64,000 nt of DNA from Candidatus Multivorans sp. GTDB lineage: Bacteria > Acidobacteriota > Thermoanaerobaculia > Multivoradales > Multivoraceae. The DNA lies in NCBI GenBank assembly GCA_965262355.1, contig OZ253534.1, forward strand, positions 3,234,232 through 3,298,231. The letters run 5' to 3'. How positions within the stretch are numbered: position 1 is the stretch's first letter; every line of letters begins with the position of its first letter. This document shows, one piece after another, positions 43,315 to 52,308 of this stretch. The position numbers and the translations under genes are program-made. The notes under the pieces were generated by a model, which searched no databases, was not told the DNA's origin, and was given only the letters and a program-made list of their open reading frames with translations.

Positions 43315-44064
43315 ATGAGAATCCACAGGCTGTTTCAGAAGACGAGGTTCGGCATCTTCGCCGTCTTCGGCCTGATCGTCCTGTCGACGTCCATTCTCTG
43401 CATCTACACCGTCGACACGGAACTGTCGGCGGAGTACGAAATCAACACGCGAAACATTGCCAAGACGGTCGCGGATTCGAGCGTCGGCATTCTTCTGAAC
43501 CGGGATCTGGCGACCCTGCAGTCGCTGGTCGATCAGTTCCTCGACGTCCAGGGCATCGAGTACATCTACATCACCAGCGAGTCGGGCGAGTTCCTGGCCC
43601 ACACGTTCGTGCCGGGGATCCCCGAGGAGATCCTCAAGAGCGACCACAGCAGCACCGAGCCGGTCGAACGGAGTCTGCCCGGGATGGGTGACTTCATCGA
43701 GGTCGGCAGCCCGATTCTGGCCGGAGTCGCCGGCACGGTTCATGTCGGCATGGACCTCGATGTCGTGGCGCTCAAGATCCAGCGGGCGATCGGACAGCAG
43801 GTCTACCTGATCTGCGTCATCCTCGTTCTCGGCGTGCTGGCCTCGGTCTGGCTGATCAATCTCGCGGCGAAGCCGCTTGGAGAACTCCTCGCCTACGCGG
43901 TGGAACTGGCCAAGGACGGCGAGAAGAAGGAACTTGCCGAGCGGGACATTCTCGGGCGCGACGACGAAGTGGGGCACTTGGCGCGCCTGTTTCTCCACGT
44001 CGGGAGGCAGGGGGCGGAACGGGGGACGCGGACAGCGGCTTCGGGCGTTCCGGGGCAGGAGTAG
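43315..44064 (+). CDS. Membrane sensor-like protein ending after a HAMP domain (no output domain)
   Basis: TM1 (FGIFAVFGLIVLSTSILCIY), ~150-aa loop, TM2 (VYLICVILVLGVLASVWLI), then a HAMP-like AAKPLGELLAYAVELAKDGE...RDDEVGHLARLF. Stop at 44064. Confidence 0.55.
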   Translation: MRIHRLFQKTRFGIFAVFGLIVLSTSILCIYTVDTELSAEYEINTRNIAKTVADSSVGILLNRDLATLQSLVDQFLDVQGIEYIYITSESGEFLAHTFVPGIPEEILKSDHSSTEPVERSLPGMGDFIEVGSPILAGVAGTVHVGMDLDVVALKIQRAIGQQVYLICVILVLGVLASVWLINLAAKPLGELLAYAVELAKDGEKKELAERDILGRDDEVGHLARLFLHVGRQGAERGTRTAASGVPGQE

Positions 44065-44073
44065 GCGGTCGGC

Positions 44074-45405
44074 GTGCGGGTACCGAGGACCGTCATCGCG
44101 CTGCTGTGCACGACGCTGCAGTTGTGCTTCGGGACGGTCTACGCCTGGAGCTTCTTCCAGACCATGCTGGTGCGGCAGGTCGGTTGGACCTTCTCGGAAA
44201 CGGCCTGGGCATTCAGCATCACGATCTTCTCGCTCGGGGTATCGGCGGCGTGGGCCGGCCGTATGCTGCCGCGGCTCGGGCCGAGGAAGCTGGCGGTGAT
44301 CGGCAGCGTCCTGTTCTCGGGCGGCTACGTCATCGCGGCGGTCGCCCTGCGGCTGGACATGCTGCCCCTCTTCTACCTCGGCTACGGGGTGATCGGCGGC
44401 GCCGGCATCGGGCTGGGCTACGTGACGCCGGTAGCGACCGTCGCGAAGTGGTTCCCGGACCACAAGGGACTCGCCACAGGGATCGTCGTCATGGGCTTCG
44501 GCGTCGGGGCCTTCCTGCTCAGCAAGGGTCTGGCGCCTCTGCTCGTCGTGCGCACGGGCGAAGATCTGGCTCAGGTCTTCCTCTGGCTGGGCATCATCTT
44601 CGCGTGCGTGCTGATTCCCTGCAGCCTGTTGCTGAGCGATCCGCCCGCTCCGGCGACGCTGCAGACCGTAGTCGCCGGGCCCTCGGGTGGGGCCGGGCTT
44701 CCAGGAGCGGAGGGGCCGCCGGACGACTCCACAGCGGTCAAGGCCTACCTCGGGTCTCAGCAGTTCGTGTTCATGTGGATCGTGTTCTTCTTCAACATCG
44801 CGGCCGGCATCACGGTGATCAGTTTCCAGTCCGAGTTGCTGCAGGAGGTCTGGGGACTCTCCGACCCGTCCCTCGAGCCGGCGACGCTTGCCGAGTACGG
44901 AGCGACGCTCATTGCGATCAGCTCGTTGTGCAACGGCGTAGGAAGGCTGTTCTGGGGCCTGCTGTCCGATCGCCTCGGTCGGGTCAAGGTGTTCCGCATC
45001 CTGCTCGCCAGCCAGATGGTGGTCTTCGGCTTCCTGATGACGGAGACCGATCCGCTGGTCTTCTCGGTGCTCGTCTGCTACGTCCTGCTCTGCTTCGGCG
45101 GCGGATTCGCCACCATGCCTCCCTTCGTCCTCGACGTGTTCGGGTCGAAGAAGATGTCCTCCATCTACGGCGCGGTGTTGACTGCCTGGGCGGCGGCTGG
45201 GCTCGTCGGGCCCGTGTACCTGGGCTACCTGAAGGACGTGTACCCGGATCGGGCCGTCATGTACTGCTTCCTGGTCGGAATCCTGATGCTGGGCGGCGGC
45301 TACCTGTTCTCCTACCTGCTGACCGACAACCGGATTCGTCTGGGGCGCCCGACTCTCGAAGGGACGCTTCGCGAGTACGGGATTCCGGTTCCCGGCGAGC
45401 GATAG
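44074..45405 (+). CDS. MFS transporter, oxalate/formate antiporter (OFA)-like family
   Basis: 443 aa. N-terminus LCFGTVYAWSFFQ... is typical of OFA-family MFS. About 12 TM segments. Confidence 0.75.
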   Translation: MRVPRTVIALLCTTLQLCFGTVYAWSFFQTMLVRQVGWTFSETAWAFSITIFSLGVSAAWAGRMLPRLGPRKLAVIGSVLFSGGYVIAAVALRLDMLPLFYLGYGVIGGAGIGLGYVTPVATVAKWFPDHKGLATGIVVMGFGVGAFLLSKGLAPLLVVRTGEDLAQVFLWLGIIFACVLIPCSLLLSDPPAPATLQTVVAGPSGGAGLPGAEGPPDDSTAVKAYLGSQQFVFMWIVFFFNIAAGITVISFQSELLQEVWGLSDPSLEPATLAEYGATLIAISSLCNGVGRLFWGLLSDRLGRVKVFRILLASQMVVFGFLMTETDPLVFSVLVCYVLLCFGGGFATMPPFVLDVFGSKKMSSIYGAVLTAWAAAGLVGPVYLGYLKDVYPDRAVMYCFLVGILMLGGGYLFSYLLTDNRIRLGRPTLEGTLREYGIPVPGER

Positions 45406-45455
45406 GAAATGGGTAGACGGCAGGCCGGTTTCGCCTGGACGGCTCGCCTGGTTGC

Positions 45456-46337
45456 TTGATGTTCGCGACCATCCTTCGATCGCTCCGGCCTGCCCAGTGG
45501 AGCAAGAACGTCTTCGTTCTGGCGCCGGCGGCGTTCGCCGGCGGCCTGACGGTCCCTGGCACGATCGCGGCGGCCGTGGTCGCACTGGCCGCGTTCTGCG
45601 CCGCGGCCAGCGCCGTGTACCTGTTCAACGATCTGCGTGATCGGGAGCTGGACCGGCGCCATCCGAGGAAGAGACTGCGGCCGGTGGCATCGGGCGCCCT
45701 GGGCGCGGCGCCGGCTTCGGTGGTCAGCGCGGTGCTGGCGGCGGTCGCCCTGGGCGCGGCGTGGACCTTGAACACCCGCACGGTCCAGCTCGTGGCCGCC
45801 TACCTTGTGGTCAACCTCTGCTACAGCCTGTGGTTGAAGCGGATCGTGATCGTCGACGTGATGGTGCTGTCGAGCGGCTTCGTGATCCGGGTGCTGGCCG
45901 GCGCCGCCGCGGTCGGGGCCGCCGTCTCCGCCTGGCTCGTGCTCTGCACCGTCTTTCTGGCGCTCTTCCTGGGCTTCTCCAAGCGCCGGCACGAACTGGT
46001 GCTTCTCGTCGGTGAGGCGGGTGAGCAGCGGTCGGTGCTGAATCAGTACAGCCCGACCTTCCTCGATCAGATGATGAACGTGGTGACCGCCTCGACGCTG
46101 CTCTCCTACGCCCTCTACACCACGGCCGACGAGACGGTCGCCCGATTCGGCGCCTACAGCCTGGTCTGGACCGTTCCCTTCGTGCTGTTCGGCATCTTCC
46201 GCTACCTGTACCTGATCCACCAGGCCGAGAACCCGAAGCAGCGGAATCCGACCGAGCTACTGCTGTTCGATCCCCCGTTCCTGATCAACATGGGGCTCTA
46301 CGGCCTCGCCGTTGTCCTGATCGTGTACGTCAGCTAG
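45456..46337 (+). CDS. UbiA-family prenyltransferase, decaprenyl-phosphate phosphoribosyltransferase-like
   Basis: LRPAQWSKNVFVLAPAAFAG and YLFNDLRDRELDRRHPRKRLRPVASG (NDxxD-type motif) resemble the DPPR synthase subgroup. Confidence 0.75.
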   Translation: MMFATILRSLRPAQWSKNVFVLAPAAFAGGLTVPGTIAAAVVALAAFCAAASAVYLFNDLRDRELDRRHPRKRLRPVASGALGAAPASVVSAVLAAVALGAAWTLNTRTVQLVAAYLVVNLCYSLWLKRIVIVDVMVLSSGFVIRVLAGAAAVGAAVSAWLVLCTVFLALFLGFSKRRHELVLLVGEAGEQRSVLNQYSPTFLDQMMNVVTASTLLSYALYTTADETVARFGAYSLVWTVPFVLFGIFRYLYLIHQAENPKQRNPTELLLFDPPFLINMGLYGLAVVLIVYVS

Positions 46338-46414
46338 CGCGGCAGAACGCTCTGACCTGGGAAGCCGGGCATCCGGCGCGCAGCGCCGGCCTCCGGGAGT
46401 TCTGCCGCGCTAGC
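46333..46414 (+). repeat. Long palindromic REP-like element family B, copy B1
   Basis: GCTAGCGCGGCAGAAC...GTTCTGCCGCGCTAGC (inverted termini) overlaps the TAG stop of the UbiA gene. It is homologous to the reverse complement of 56051-56146 apart from an ~11-nt indel. Confidence 0.7.
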
Positions 46415-46471
46415 GCCGGCGCCGCCAATGCGTCTCAGCTTCCGCTCAGGATCGCTTTCTACAGTCGCGGG

Positions 46472-47221
46472 ATGATCGATGGTTCAAGCTACACCGCTCT
46501 CGCTCAACCGGAACTCGGACCTTGTCAGTCAAGGGCTGTTTCGCTGGTCATTCCCGCTTTCGACGAGGAAGAGTCCATCGGCAAAGCCGTCCAGGAGGCC
46601 TTGGCTGCGCTGTCACGCCTGGCGGACCGGTTCGAGGTCCTGGTGGTCGACGACGGAAGTCGGGACGCGACTGCCTCGCGGGTTACGGAAGAGTTCGGTG
46701 GTCTCGCCTCCGTACGCTTGCTGCGTCACCGACGCAACCGCGGCTACGGAGCGGCGCTTCGCACAGGGTTCTCCGCCGCGCGCTTCGCACTCGTCGCCTT
46801 TACCGACGCAGACCGGCAGTTTCACATGGACGACCTGGGCCTGCTGCTCGGGGCCCTCGGCGGCCACGATGTCGCCTGTGGCTACCGTTTGAACCGCAAG
46901 GACCACTGGCTCCGACTGCTGTACTCGAAGACCTACAACAGGGTCGTTCGCGGCCTCCTGGGGCTGGCCGTCCGCGATTGCGACTGTGCCCTCAAGGTGT
47001 TCAGGCGTGGGGCTCTCGACGGCATCACGATTCGAACCAACGGGTTCGTCGTCAACGCCGAACTCCTGGCCCGGCTCTCGAGCCGGGGCGCGTCGATCGT
47101 CGAGGTCGGCGTTCGGCACCGCCCTCGACTCAATGGTCTGAGCACCGTGTCGCCGCTACATGCTCTGCCGGTTCTTGCCGAGCTCCTGAGATTCTGGTGG
47201 TCGGAGCATCTGTTTTCCTAG
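46472..47221 (+). CDS. Family 2 glycosyltransferase (polyprenyl-phosphate sugar synthase-like)
   Basis: VSLVIPAFDEEESI..., VLVVDDGSRDAT, ...NRGYGAALRTG..., TDADRQ. Confidence 0.8.
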   Translation: MIDGSSYTALAQPELGPCQSRAVSLVIPAFDEEESIGKAVQEALAALSRLADRFEVLVVDDGSRDATASRVTEEFGGLASVRLLRHRRNRGYGAALRTGFSAARFALVAFTDADRQFHMDDLGLLLGALGGHDVACGYRLNRKDHWLRLLYSKTYNRVVRGLLGLAVRDCDCALKVFRRGALDGITIRTNGFVVNAELLARLSSRGASIVEVGVRHRPRLNGLSTVSPLHALPVLAELLRFWWSEHLFS

Positions 47222-48730
47222 ACTAGCGGCGCTTCCCGCGCACGAGAACAGCGTCAGTTCAGCGGAGATCGGCTCGTCGCTGCAGGCGAGCTCAGCCGAA
47301 GCGAAGAAGCTCTCAGCCACTTGCGTGTGCTTGATGTCGACCAGAAAGCGGGCTCGGCCTTCGCATTGATGCAGCAGCCCACTCAGCTCCTCCGCCAGGA
47401 CGCGAGGCGGTTCAAAGTAAGGGTACGGCTCCGGCCAGAGCGTGTGCCAAGTGGATCGCGAGTAGCCGTACAGGCTCAGGCCGTGAACCTTCGTTCCAAG
47501 CACGTCGATGCACTCATTCGCATTCACGCCGGCGCGATGCAGCGACTGCGCGAGTGCACGAGTATCCCGCTTGTAGGGAACGTAGGCAGTTACACCCTTC
47601 ACGAGGACCAGGACCATGGCCGCGACCAACACCCGGGCGCCCCACCGAATGTTCGCTCTCGAGCGTGCCTGCGAGATGGTGAGCATGACGAGATAGGGCG
47701 CTACCGGAAGGATGTAGAGGGGCAGCTTCGACTTCGCCACGCTGAAGACCACCAGGGGCAGAACGGTAGACAACACCAGGTAGCGATGCAGAGGGTCGCG
47801 CCACATGCTGCCGAGTTGTTGCCGCCTCGCCTTCGATCGCCACAGACCGAACCAGGTCAAGCACCACGGGAGGCTGCCGAAGACCAGGACCGGGCCGTAG
47901 ACAGTGATGCCTGCCCACCAGTGAGGGTTGCGACCGTAGCTGTCCTCCCACAGCCGACCGGCGACCTGATTGTCGAAGAAGTAGTCCGCCGCGCCCGGGA
48001 TATCTCTCGACATGCCGGCGTACCACGAGAGACCGATCGTCGTGCCGAGGAGCGCTGCCGCCCACAGCTCCGGCCGCGACAGGAACCGGCGAGGTCCCGG
48101 CTGCCAGAACCCGTAGGCGACCATCGGGGCCACGAGCACCAAGGCGGCGGCGCCCTTGGTGAGTAAGGCAAGACCAATCGAGAAACCCAGCAGAAGTGCC
48201 CAGCGCCATCGCTCGCCCGAGCGCTGAGACTCGTGCCACTTCCAGTACGACCAGGAGGCTGCGGTGGTCCAAAGGACCAGAAGCGTGTCGGGAGTCAGCG
48301 CATTCGCCGCGACGCCGGGAAGGATAGTTGTCACGTACGCAGCGCCCGCGAGTCGGCCGACCCGTTTCCCCCAGGCTGCTCCGGCCCAGGCTGCCACCAG
48401 GTAGGCAGTGGCTGTCAGAGCCAGCGAGTTCCCGATTCGAGCGCCCCACTCATTGACGCCGAGGAGGCTGAATCCTGCCGCGACGGACCAGTAGATGGCC
48501 GGAGGCTTGTCGAGATAGACGAGGCCTTGCAGCCGGGGCACGAACCAGTCGCCAGTGCGGACCATGGCGAGAGCGGCGTCGGCATAGCGCCCTTCGTCAG
48601 CTTCGAAGAGTCCCCGTGAGCCCTGAAACGCGAGGGAGATCCCGAGAATGACGAGCCCGTAGAGCAGGAGGTCGAGTCGAGCGCGCGCTGGGCGCTGTAG
48701 GCGCGCGAAAGTACGGACCCGATCTTCCAA
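47156..48730 (-). CDS. ArnT/PMT-like (GT39/GT83) polyprenyl-phosphate-dependent glycosyltransferase
   Basis: 524 aa, polytopic. LFEADEGRYADAALAMVRTGDWFVPRLQGLVYLDKPP is the characteristic first-loop motif. Confidence 0.8.
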   Translation of the reverse strand: MEDRVRTFARLQRPARARLDLLLYGLVILGISLAFQGSRGLFEADEGRYADAALAMVRTGDWFVPRLQGLVYLDKPPAIYWSVAAGFSLLGVNEWGARIGNSLALTATAYLVAAWAGAAWGKRVGRLAGAAYVTTILPGVAANALTPDTLLVLWTTAASWSYWKWHESQRSGERWRWALLLGFSIGLALLTKGAAALVLVAPMVAYGFWQPGPRRFLSRPELWAAALLGTTIGLSWYAGMSRDIPGAADYFFDNQVAGRLWEDSYGRNPHWWAGITVYGPVLVFGSLPWCLTWFGLWRSKARRQQLGSMWRDPLHRYLVLSTVLPLVVFSVAKSKLPLYILPVAPYLVMLTISQARSRANIRWGARVLVAAMVLVLVKGVTAYVPYKRDTRALAQSLHRAGVNANECIDVLGTKVHGLSLYGYSRSTWHTLWPEPYPYFEPPRVLAEELSGLLHQCEGRARFLVDIKHTQVAESFFASAELACSDEPISAELTLFSCAGSAASLGKQMLRPPESQELGKNRQSM

Positions 48731-48738
48731 TGACGACC

Positions 48739-50208
48739 TCAGCGCAGTTTGGACAGTGTGATCTGGACCAGACTGTCGGGCTGGAGGCGAGCCTCGATCT
48801 CGAATCCGAGAAGATCGGAGAATGCCTGCACGATGGCGAGCCCCAAGCCGACGTTGCGGCCGCCGGAGCGCGCCGAATCCTTGCGCCAGAAGCGGTCGAA
48901 CATGACCGCCAAGTCGTCGTCATCCAGGCCGGCTGCGTAGTTCGAAACGGTCAGGGACGAGCGTCCGCCGGATTCGTCGAGCCGGACAGTAACTGCCGTT
49001 CCCGGCCGGCTATGGTCGACGGCGTTCGAGAGCAGGTTCGAGAGCACCACGCGGAACATCTCCCGATCGGTTTCGACTACCGCGCCGGGCTGAACCTGGT
49101 TCTGGAACGTCAGGCTCTTCTCTTGAGCCCGTTCTTCGAGAGGTCTCCAGGTCTCGGAAACGATGCTCGAGACGACGACCCGGCCTACGCGCACATCCTG
49201 GCTTCCCTCGTCGTAGCGGGCCAGTGCCAGAAGCTGGACCACGATGCTCTCCAACTGAAGACCGATCGCCAAGGCGTTGGCGAAGAACCTGCGCGTGGCT
49301 GCCGAGTCCTCCGGCCAGCGGGATCCGACCTCGCACAAGTTCCGGAGTTCGGCAATCGGCGTCTTCAGCTCGTGGGCAATATCGCTCGTCAACTGTCGCT
49401 CGCGGTCAAAGGCGTTCTGTAGACGCGTCAAGAGTTGGTTGAGTTGCTCCACAACAGGTGCAAGCTCTCGCGACGGCAACGCCAGGGTCACCCGCCGGTC
49501 GAGCGACTTTGCGTCGAAGCCTTGAACCTGACCAGCCAGGTCGTCGAGCGGACGCAGGCCGACCTTCAGGGAAGCCACGATGAGCGCCGCGAGCGTAGAG
49601 AGAAGCAGTGCCGTGAAGCCGACGAGAGACCAACGGAGCCGCGAGGTCTGCCCGTCGAGAGTTCCACGCTCACGGGCCACGAGAACGGTCGCCGTGCGCC
49701 TCTCTTCTCCCAGGCTCACCTCGGTGGAGTCGAGGCTGGGGTCGTCGCCGGGAGGTAGTTCGTCATCGGATTCGTCATCGATCTGTGGCACGAAGTCGAT
49801 CCGGACCAGGCGACCCCGTCTTCCGTCGGGTAGGCGTGTATCGGCGAACCGCGTTGCCGCTGCCAGATCGGGACCTCGGAGCAGGGAACTGCCGGATCGC
49901 TCTTCATCGATCTCAAACGAGGCCGATCGCGCGAGGAGCGTCTCGCCATCGAGCCACAGTTCGAAGTAGTAGGGGTCTGTACGGGACTTGAACTCGGGCA
50001 TGAACTCGTCTGCGAACTCGAACTCGACCTCGCCCTCATCCTCCTCTGTCAGGGTCGCCAGGGCCCGCGCCCTCGACTCGAGGGCGCGGTCGAACTCCCC
50101 CTCCAGCCAGCGCGCGATTGTGCCTTCGAGGACAAGTCCCGCGGAAACGATGAGCAGGCCGGCGCCGCCGAGGAGCCAGATCACCAGATAGGTCCGAATC
50201 GAGCGCAC
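48739..50208 (-). CDS. Two-component sensor histidine kinase
   Basis: Two TMs, HAMP, H-box SDIAHELKTPIAELR, G-box GLGLAIVQAF. Confidence 0.85.
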   Translation of the reverse strand: MRSIRTYLVIWLLGGAGLLIVSAGLVLEGTIARWLEGEFDRALESRARALATLTEEDEGEVEFEFADEFMPEFKSRTDPYYFELWLDGETLLARSASFEIDEERSGSSLLRGPDLAAATRFADTRLPDGRRGRLVRIDFVPQIDDESDDELPPGDDPSLDSTEVSLGEERRTATVLVARERGTLDGQTSRLRWSLVGFTALLLSTLAALIVASLKVGLRPLDDLAGQVQGFDAKSLDRRVTLALPSRELAPVVEQLNQLLTRLQNAFDRERQLTSDIAHELKTPIAELRNLCEVGSRWPEDSAATRRFFANALAIGLQLESIVVQLLALARYDEGSQDVRVGRVVVSSIVSETWRPLEERAQEKSLTFQNQVQPGAVVETDREMFRVVLSNLLSNAVDHSRPGTAVTVRLDESGGRSSLTVSNYAAGLDDDDLAVMFDRFWRKDSARSGGRNVGLGLAIVQAFSDLLGFEIEARLQPDSLVQITLSKLR

Positions 50209-50894
50209 TACGCCATGCCTTCTGCTTCGGTCCCGATCAGATAGCCGAATCCACGCCGGGTCTCGACGATCGACGGTTCGTCGCCGCGACGGATCTTCTT
50301 TCTCAGGCTGGAGACGAGAACCTCGACGGCGTTGTGCGATACATCCCTGTCGCTTCGGTAGAGTTGTTCGAGTAGCTGATCGCAGGAGAACACTCGCCCG
50401 CGCCGATGCGCAAGAAACTCGAGCAGCGCGTACTCACTGGGCGTGAGGGGAATGGACTCGCCTTCGCGACAAACGCGCCGGCCGGCAGTATCGATCTCCA
50501 GAGGGCCGACGCGAAGTCTTGGATTCTTCGCCCGGTAGCGTCTCCGCACCAGGGCCTGGAGGCGCGCACAGAGTTCGTCGAACGAGAAGGGCTTGACGAG
50601 ATAGTCGTCCGCTCCCATCTCCAGGCCCGTGACGCGATCTTCCACGCTGCTCTTGGCTGACAGGATCAGGATGTGGGTGTCCTGGCCGCCTTTTCGAAGG
50701 CGGCCAAGGACTTCCAGTCCTGACAGGAAGGGAAGCATCAGGTCGAGCACGATCGCGTCATAGTCGTAGGTCTCGGCGAAGGCAAGGCCTGTCTTGCCGT
50801 CGGTCGCCAGGTCGACGGCGTAGCCGGCCTTCGTGAGGCCGCGACCCAGGGAATAGAGGAGCCTCTCAGAGTCCTCAATTATCAGAACCTTCAT
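50208..50894 (-). CDS. OmpR-family response regulator
   Basis: MKVLIIEDS...VLDLMLP...SAKS...DDYLVKPF receiver domain plus a winged-helix C-terminus. Confidence 0.9.
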   Translation of the reverse strand: MKVLIIEDSERLLYSLGRGLTKAGYAVDLATDGKTGLAFAETYDYDAIVLDLMLPFLSGLEVLGRLRKGGQDTHILILSAKSSVEDRVTGLEMGADDYLVKPFSFDELCARLQALVRRRYRAKNPRLRVGPLEIDTAGRRVCREGESIPLTPSEYALLEFLAHRRGRVFSCDQLLEQLYRSDRDVSHNAVEVLVSSLRKKIRRGDEPSIVETRRGFGYLIGTEAEGMA

Positions 50895-51010
50895 GACTGC
50901 GCCCCTACCTGGTCGAGAGTAGCCCAGCCAAGGTGGACTTCACGCTCTCTCGACTGTGCCGCATCAACCTGAGTGAAGGCTGAGGTAGGTGTCGGAGTCA
51001 GAGTTCGACC

Positions 51011-51114
51011 AGCGCAATCCGACCGAGCTACTGCTGTTCGATGTCCCGTTCCTGGTCAGCATGGGGTTCTACAGCCAGGCCGTGGTCCTGATCGTCTACC
51101 TGCGACCGGCGTAG
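51011..51114 (+). pseudogene. Relic of the 3' end of a second UbiA-family (DPPR-synthase-like) gene
   Basis: QRNPTELLLFDVPFLVSMGFYSQAVVLIVYLRPA* versus QRNPTELLLFDPPFLINMGLYGLAVVLIVYVS* at 46240-46337. 74 of 84 nt identical by hand count. In-frame TAG at 50986 upstream. Confidence 0.7.
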
Positions 51115-52089
51115 CAACGCCAGCACCCAGGGCAGCGCCAGCAGGCCCACGATGACCGCGAACCAGAGAGTCGCCGCGCGGACGATGACGGTCGAGGCCA
51201 TGGCGGCGTCGAGAGCGACTCCCTGGCGTTCCAGCAGGAGGACCAGCGAGGCCTCGGCGGCCAGAAGGCCTCCGGGGAGCATGGACAGGGCGCCGGCCAG
51301 GCTGGATGCGGAGTAGTCGAAAACCGAGGCGAGCACCGGGACGGCCGGTTCGTAGTGGCGGACCACCAGCGCGCAGCCGACTCCCTCGGCTGCCCAGGCA
51401 GTGGTGGAGAGGGTCAGGCCGGCGAGCAGCGCTCGTGGCTCGACGAGCCGGTTGAACGCCTTGTGGATGTCGATCAATACGGCCGCGCGTCCGGCCCCTA
51501 GCCGTGTCTTCGCCAGCATCGGAATGAGGCGGCCTGCGAGCGGGCGGTAGACCACCGCGACCACGGCGACGGCCGCGACAAGAACGATCGGCGCCACGAC
51601 CGAACGCTGGCCGCCGAAGACCAGAACCGAGGATGCCAGCAGCAGCAACACGGCGAGCACGTCCAGGAGCCGTTCGGTGACCACCACCGCCACCACCGGG
51701 CGGGCCCGGCCGCCGCCTAACTCATGGACCAGCCAGGCCTTCGCCAGGTCTCCGGCCTTGCCCGGCGTGAGTGCCAGCAGGAAGCCGGTGAGGAAGATCG
51801 CCAGGCTGCGACCGAGCGGGAGACGGACCTCGAGGCGGTGGAGGTAGTACTGCCAGCGCAGGAAGCGCAGACCGTAGTTGACGGCGGACAGGAGCAGCAC
51901 GAGCGCCAGTACGCCGCCGTCGAAGCCTCCGATGAGATCGCGGATCTGCTCGAAGTCGCCCACCAATCCGAGCGCCGCGAAGGTCACGGTGCCGAGCAGG
52001 AGGAGGACGAGCAGGCCCCTTCCTATGCCTCTGAACGGCTGGGTCGGGTCGGCGGCGCGGTGGAAAGGGAGCGGCACGGGAGGCGGCAT
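51028..52089 (-). CDS. Flippase-like / lysylphosphatidylglycerol-synthase TM-region (UPF0104) family membrane protein
   Basis: ATG at 52089 within track ORF 51028..52287. ...VNYGLRFLRWQYYL...FLLALTPGKAGDLAKAW... is typical of the family. Confidence 0.65.
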   Translation of the reverse strand: MPPPVPLPFHRAADPTQPFRGIGRGLLVLLLLGTVTFAALGLVGDFEQIRDLIGGFDGGVLALVLLLSAVNYGLRFLRWQYYLHRLEVRLPLGRSLAIFLTGFLLALTPGKAGDLAKAWLVHELGGGRARPVVAVVVTERLLDVLAVLLLLASSVLVFGGQRSVVAPIVLVAAVAVVAVVYRPLAGRLIPMLAKTRLGAGRAAVLIDIHKAFNRLVEPRALLAGLTLSTTAWAAEGVGCALVVRHYEPAVPVLASVFDYSASSLAGALSMLPGGLLAAEASLVLLLERQGVALDAAMASTVIVRAATLWFAVIVGLLALPWVLALLRRSQVDDQDHGLAVEPHADQERDIEQQ

Positions 52090-52159
52090 GGACGGTAGCA
52101 GCTTCACAGCCGTACAGAGATGTAGGCCGCGGTGGGTGCGGTCCGGCGCGGAGCCATGC

Positions 52160-52292
52160 CATCCGTGCGTCCGATGACGGTCGCACGGACTGGGTCGCGT
52201 GTGGCGCGAAACGCGCCACACGGGTGTCATCCGTGCGCCCGATGACGGGCCCACGGACTGGGTCGCTTGTGGCGCGAAACGCGCCACAAGGG
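52160..52292. repeat. Tandem ~68-bp duplication, each unit with a GTGGCGCG-aaa-CGCGCCAC hairpin
   Basis: CATCCGTGCG(T/C)CCGATGACGG...CACGGACTGGGTCGC(G/T)TGTGGCGCGAAACGCGCCACA occurs twice (52160-52227, 52228-52292) in the divergent intergenic region. Confidence 0.75.
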
Positions 52293-52308
52293 TTGCTAAG
52301 GTGATTCA

